Assembly (NCBI RefSeq): GCF_006345805.1
Contig: NC_042998.1
Coordinates: 42,284,001-42,348,000, forward strand
Source of the DNA: Octopus sinensis
Taxonomy: Eukaryota
Direction of reading: 5' to 3'
Length of the DNA: 64,000 nt
Below the pieces are notes generated by a model. That model saw only the letters and a program-made list of their open reading frames with translations, did no database searches and was not told the DNA's origin. Shown here in pieces: positions 61,867-64,000 of this stretch; position 1 is the first letter of the stretch, and every line of letters begins with the position of its first letter. The position numbers were made by a program, and so were the translations under genes.

Positions 61867-62768
61867 ATCATGGGTTGGATAAAGCTTTGTACAATATTCT
61901 ACAGCTGGATACCCTTCCCGCATACATACATAGATACTTTCTTATATATACATACATACATGCATACATACAAATATATATATAAGCACACCCAAACTCA
62001 CATGCACAAACACACACATCATTAAACAGAAAACAAGATATTATATTCAATGCTTTATAGGACATACATATCTGTGAGTGTGTGTGTAGTAATGAATTCT
62101 TTATTTACTTCTATGGAGATATTTGTAAGCCATTAACGTTGTGTTGTATTATGTTCATTTTTTGGTGCTCAGTTTTTGGCTTTTAGAGTTGTATATTTTT
62201 TGTAATGTACTTAAGTTTTGGCTTGTCAGCTGTTTTAGTGTTTGTAATTATTCTTCAGGCAGCAACATTGTTGTTGAATCTAAGGACTTTAATAGAAAGA
62301 CAATGGTGCCTCTTAAATTTTTGTGTCATATTTTGTTGTGATTCAAGATATTTTTCAAATGTTTTGTGTTATCTATTTGTATGTGTGACATATTTATTCA
62401 TTCATTTATCTATATATTTATTTCAGTTGCTCAGAAATAAAATGCTATGGTTTTACATCTTGCTGATCACAGTTGTCCGTTAACTCCGTGTGCTTTAGAA
62501 ATATCAAAGTGCATTCCTATGATCTTGAGAGTATAAAACTTATCACTATAAAAGTCTAGGAAAATTGTCATAAACTGATAATTTTGTTAAAGAGCTCTTA
62601 GATTAGAAAACCTTGTTTCAGTTTAACTATTATTGGGATTTTAAATGAATTTGTTACACTTATAAAATTGATCATTGTATGTTATGATGAATGCAATTGT
62701 AGTTTTTGAAATTTTATGGTTCAGAGTAAAAAGTTATAATGAAATTCCAAATTAGTATTTCCTTTTTC

Positions 62769-62859
<91 letters not shown>

Positions 62860-64000
62860 ACTTTCTCTTTTTGTGTATTTTCCTTTTCGTTTAGGACTTC
62901 CATTTCATTCTCCTTTTAGTTACATTTACCTAGAAAATGGTGAATGAAACGTGAAGGAGCATATATGTATAATACATGCTAATCAAGATGCATATAAACT
63001 GCATCAAATAAACATATACGTGCAAGCACATATCAGTGCATTTTTATCAGAGTCTGAAATTTATTCCAGAACATGCTGTAAATGAATTGTTATCTAGAGT
63101 AGCTACTCCAAACAACTAAAGGAATCTAATTCCATTTTCATGATTACTTGAAAGTAGCTAATGCTGAAAACTGCCCACTTAGTAAACCATGAAGGATAAT
63201 AAAATCCTTAAATCCTTAAAAATGTTTCAGCCTGAAAGCTGTGGTCATGCTGGGGCACTTCTGTATTTTAAATACTTTCTCCTCAATCTCCCTTTTCGAG
63301 TCACTCTTTATTTTACAAGTATGCTTTCTACTAGAAAAGGTGATATAAATATGCCCCATTTTTTTAAAGATAAAAACCCTCCATGAATATTATTATTACC
63401 ATCTTCTTCCTTTTCGTCTTCTGCTGCCCCAGAACCTGTTGGGTTGATTCATTGTCTACATTTGTTTCCTTGACGCCTACTTTCACAACCTTCACAGTTT
63501 GGGGCAATATTTTCTTCTTTCTTTTCCTTTAGGGATCATATCATGTTCCAAAATGTAGCTTTTGTTGACTTAGTACACTTATATATTTTGCTATTATTAT
63601 AAGGATATGAAATGAATGTGGTGGGGTAGGAATTATCAAGTTAAGCTAGTTGGTGTCCTTGACTTTGTTTTATTAGAGGCCAGGGTTCAATTGTGGCAGC
63701 TATCTTATTTCGAATTAGATTTCCAAAATACAGATTATCATCAGTTCAATAATATCACTCTGTCAATGCATATTTATTTTGCATTCATTACTTCGATACT
63801 ATTACAAGGTCATGAAACCAATGAATACTAAACTTTAATAAAATTATGACTATTAATAAATAACAAAAAAAAATGAATAAAAATTGAATTATTCCGCTGT
63901 ATATAATAGGTACCATAGTTCATGGTAAGTTTTTGAGCATACATTTGTGACCCAGTTTTCATTCCCAGTTGGAACTGCTTCATTGCATTTATGTTACTAA

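Noticed and set aside
1042-62903. Many 60-150 aa ORFs rich in YI, CV, HT, MYVC, DG, N or RE repeats
   Set aside because: These are translations of microsatellites and SINEs.

Overview
AT-rich, microsatellite-dense animal genomic DNA, most likely an octopod cephalopod; this is inferred from the recognisable SINE and RTE-LINE repertoire, not from a database hit. There is no prokaryotic operon or CRISPR content. Two convergent multi-exon genes were reconstructed by eye from GT-AG sites with matching phases. Gene A (+ strand, 3' part, exons 4988-37166) encodes an unidentified protein with a repeat-rich exon and a predicted C-terminal coiled coil. Gene B (- strand, 3' part, exons 56549-38649) encodes a JIP3/ARHGEF10/ARHGEF17-type WD40-like propeller interrupted by about 600 aa of low-complexity sequence. 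The introns hold a near-intact RTE LINE (one frameshift, one nonsense codon, PHD finger), many RTE 3' ends, at least three tRNA-derived SINE families, Tc1/mariner/maT/hAT remnants, piggyBac-type MITEs, two Helitron-like elements, Penelope-like and REL-type retrotransposon fragments, and a decayed histone H4 pseudogene. The most unusual signals are two long fold-back palindromes (28976-29229, 30277-30724) carrying hammerhead-ribozyme-like motifs, a decayed tandem duplicate of a gene B exon, and the H4 pseudogene with an in-frame internal duplication. Repeat boundaries are approximate.
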